NCBI GenBank assembly: GCA_963665325.3
Contig: OZ224045.1
Location: 608,001 to 672,000, forward strand
From: Alphaproteobacteria bacterium
GTDB lineage: Bacteria; Pseudomonadota; Alphaproteobacteria; Bin95
Length of the DNA stretch: 64,000 bases
Direction of reading: 5' to 3'
The notes under the pieces were generated by a model. The model made no database searches. It was not told the origin of the DNA and was given only the letters and a program-made list of their open reading frames with translations. The translations under genes and the position numbers were made by a program. Positions within the stretch are counted from its first letter, which is position 1. Each line of letters opens with the position of its first letter. Of the stretch, positions 61,411 through 64,000 are shown one piece after another.

Positions 61411-62408
61411 GCGGTCCCGCCGTCCCTGGCGATCAGGCGGAACAGAATGCCCTCGCGCACCCCTCGGTCGGCGACCCGGATCGAGCCGACAGGCCACATC
61501 CGACAGATTGCTTCGAGGATGGCGCAGCCGCCGACCGCCATGTCTGCCCGGTCGCGACCGATGCATGGCAGTCGCGCCCTGCCCTCCCTATCCAACCGGC
61601 GCAGTCTGGCGGACACGACGTCGAGGTCGTCGAAGGCAAGGGAGCACCCGTCCACGAGGTCACGGCGATAACGCACAAGGCCGAGATGCAGCCCGGCAAC
61701 GATCGTCACCGGGCCCGACGTGCCAAGCATCTGAACTCTACCCGCCGCGACCGCCGCAGAGATGCAGTTCGCCTCGTCGAACCGGCGCAGCCAAGGCGTT
61801 ACCGCCGCTGTCATGGCCCGGTAGGCGCGATCCGAAATCCTGTCTGAGCCAAATGTCTCGGCCATGCGGGCCACGCCCCACGGAAGCGAAATCGAATCCA
61901 GCATCCGGGCGGTTCCCTGGCCTTGCACCGCCAGCCACATGAGCTCGCTGCTGCCGCCGCCGATATCGAACACCAGTGCGCGCCCGCAGGACGGGTCGAG
62001 CAGAGGCGTGCAACCGGCCGCCGCCAGAGCTGCTTCCTCCCGCGTGCCGATGATTTCCAGCCGCACACCCGTCTCGCGCTTCACCCGCGCCACGAAGCCG
62101 GCGCAGTTGTCCGCGCGGCGACAGGCGTCGGTCGCCACGCAACGCATCTTCGTGACGCGCCGCTGCCTTATCTTGCCGGCACAGATATGGAGGGCTGCAA
62201 TTGCCCGCTCAATGGCCTGCTCCGAAAGCCGGCCGGTGCTTTGCAGGCCTTCACCCAGCCGGACGATGCGCGAAAAGCTGTCCAGGACGTCGAAGCCCCC
62301 GTCCGAAGGCCGCACGACGAGCAGGCGGCAATTGTTGGTGCCGAGATCGAGCGCTGCATAGACCGGTGCTCCAGTCTGCGGTCCCGTTTCCTGCTGCTGC
62401 CGTTGCAT
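61407..62408 (-). CDS. ppx: Ppx/GppA family exopolyphosphatase
   Basis: ALDLGTNNCRLL, VRLGEG, DIGGGSSE, GVREG. Confidence 0.92.
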   Translation of the reverse strand: MQRQQQETGPQTGAPVYAALDLGTNNCRLLVVRPSDGGFDVLDSFSRIVRLGEGLQSTGRLSEQAIERAIAALHICAGKIRQRRVTKMRCVATDACRRADNCAGFVARVKRETGVRLEIIGTREEAALAAAGCTPLLDPSCGRALVFDIGGGSSELMWLAVQGQGTARMLDSISLPWGVARMAETFGSDRISDRAYRAMTAAVTPWLRRFDEANCISAAVAAGRVQMLGTSGPVTIVAGLHLGLVRYRRDLVDGCSLAFDDLDVVSARLRRLDREGRARLPCIGRDRADMAVGGCAILEAICRMWPVGSIRVADRGVREGILFRLIARDGGTA

Positions 62409-62538
62409 CGCTGCCCGAACTCCCCCGGCATGATAGCGGGGAAGCGGCAACATTGCTGCCTCTCAACGAAACGGCGACAGGACTGCCACTATGATTGCCC
62501 GGCCCGCAATCGGAGGCGCCGGAAATTCTTAGTTGAGG

Positions 62539-62949
62539 TCAGGGTGTATCGGCTTGGACCGACGTGGCGCCGGCACGCGCGCAATCCTCGTCTTCCTGTC
62601 CAGTGCCGCCGCCGACGCCGCACGCGCCGACCACCTGTCCACCGCGCATGATGGGCACCGCACCCTGCCCGTAGATCAGGCGTCCACCGTCTGCGGCAGC
62701 AATGCCGCGGAAGGTCGGATGGTCCGCCCGCTCAGTCAGGTCGCCGCTCGGCCTGGCGAAAGCGGCGGACGCGGCAGCCTTGCCCTGCGAGCCGTAGACC
62801 GCGGCCCAGATCGCGCCGTCCATGCGCTGGAAGGAGATGAGCCGCCCACCGGCATCCACAACAGAAACGCAAATCAGAATGCCGAGGCTCTCCGCATGTG
62901 CAATGGCGGTCGCAGCGACGCGGTTGGCATCCTGTAGGGTGAGCGGCAT
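62539..62949 (-). CDS. GlcG/HbpS family heme-binding protein
   Basis: VSVVDAGG...RMDGA...GKA...GAVPI...GACGVGG...ED..CA; GGAG RBS before ATG at 62949. Confidence 0.88.
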   Translation of the reverse strand: MPLTLQDANRVAATAIAHAESLGILICVSVVDAGGRLISFQRMDGAIWAAVYGSQGKAAASAAFARPSGDLTERADHPTFRGIAAADGGRLIYGQGAVPIMRGGQVVGACGVGGGTGQEDEDCARAGATSVQADTP

Positions 62950-63054
62950 GGAAGGTCTCCGGATGGCATGGGTTGGAGGTCGAGCGGTCGGCCGCCGATA
63001 GTGTATAGCATCCCCCGTTGTCGCCGAATGGAAACACGGCACGGGAGCCAGCTC

Positions 63055-64000
63055 ATGCGACCGAACGAAAGAACGCTGGACCTCAGGTCCTTCCTCGAAG
63101 ATCTGGAAGCGGTGGATCCGGACGCAATATTGCGCATCCCGGAACCTGTGAGCATCGACTTCGATGTAACGGCTGTGGCGATGGAACTGGAGAACCGGGG
63201 CCGCGCGCCGGTGATCCTGTTCGAAAAGGTGGGGGACTCGCCCTTTCCCGTAGTCGCCAACCTGTTCGGCGATCGTCGGCGCTACGCCCAAGCGCTCGGC
63301 GTCGCGGACTCGGTCCTGATCGAGACCTGGGGCGGGCTCGGCGACAGGACGATCGATCCGGTAATCCGCGAGACTGGCCCGATTCTGGATAACGTGACGA
63401 CGGGCGAGAAACTCGATCTGGGCGCACTGCCGATCCTCAACCACTTCGCGGAGGATGGCGGCCCATACGTCACCAACGGTATTGTCGTGGCAAGGGACCC
63501 GGATACCGGGGTGCGCAACGCCAGCTACCATCGGCTGCAGGTCATGGGCAGGACCCGCTTCGGCACCAGCCTGCACAGCCGCCGGCATCTCTGGAACTAT
63601 GCGCAGCGGGCCGCCCGGCGGGGCGAAGCGATCCCGGTGTCGATAGTCATCGGGCACCATCCGCTGTTCGCGTTCGGCAGCGGCTTGTGGAAAGGACCGA
63701 TGAACGCCGACGAATACGCCGTCGCCGGGGGCTTCATGGGCCGGGCACTGGAATTGGTCGCGGGCGTGACGGTGCCGGTCGAGGCGCCGGCCTTCGCCGA
63801 GTTCGTCATCGAGGGCCATATCGTGCCCGGCGAAGAGGCGGACGAGGGCCCGTTCGCCGAATTCACCGGCTATGCGTCGGCCCGTTCGACCCGGCATGTC
63901 ATCGAGGTCTCGGCGATCCTGCACCGCAGGGACGCAATCTACCAGGATATCGTCCCGGGCATTTCCGACGAACATACCGGCCTCTTGGCAGTGCCGATGG
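63055..64000 (+). CDS. UbiD family (prFMN) decarboxylase, runs off the window end
   Basis: Hand translation: MRPNERTLDLRSFL..., PVVANLFG, EDGGPYV, N.SYHR, EGPFAEFTGY; no stop before 64000. Confidence 0.9.
   Translation, partial: MRPNERTLDLRSFLEDLEAVDPDAILRIPEPVSIDFDVTAVAMELENRGRAPVILFEKVGDSPFPVVANLFGDRRRYAQALGVADSVLIETWGGLGDRTIDPVIRETGPILDNVTTGEKLDLGALPILNHFAEDGGPYVTNGIVVARDPDTGVRNASYHRLQVMGRTRFGTSLHSRRHLWNYAQRAARRGEAIPVSIVIGHHPLFAFGSGLWKGPMNADEYAVAGGFMGRALELVAGVTVPVEAPAFAEFVIEGHIVPGEEADEGPFAEFTGYASARSTRHVIEVSAILHRRDAIYQDIVPGISDEHTGLLAVPM

Noticed and set aside
62950-63975. Long N-terminal extension of the 62539-63975 minus-strand ORF
   Set aside because: Antisense to the UbiD gene; the real GlcG-like gene starts at 62949 with an RBS.

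Overview
High-GC window, most likely from an alphaproteobacterium (inferred from the xerD-accA / aroK-aroB, maf-RNase G-yacG and ppx-rlmE-guaB gene order). Positions 1 to about 12140 are the edge of an integrative/conjugative-type element. It carries a leftward string of leading-region-type genes (DUF2493/SLOG, DUF4326, ssb, small ORFs and a protein with seven tandem C4 zinc-finger-like repeats), HU, a hicBA module plus a decayed hicA, and four tandem tyrosine recombinases arranged as two A-B pairs, each behind a homologous ~100-bp upstream segment. The non-coding spacers of this element fold extensively on the + strand: a ~650-nt multibranch structure at 12-666 and an Frpo-like ssDNA-promoter hairpin at 1651-1888. 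From about 12340 to 64000 the window is compact core chromosome: CoA/aromatic-type catabolic enzymes, several MFS transporters, a frameshifted AsmA/YhdP-like gene, glnE, bcp, glcB, accA, xerD, aroK/aroB, hppA, tRNA-Leu(TAA), maf, yacG, guaB, rlmE, ppx and a partial UbiD. All calls come from motif recognition by eye; no searches or folding programs were run.
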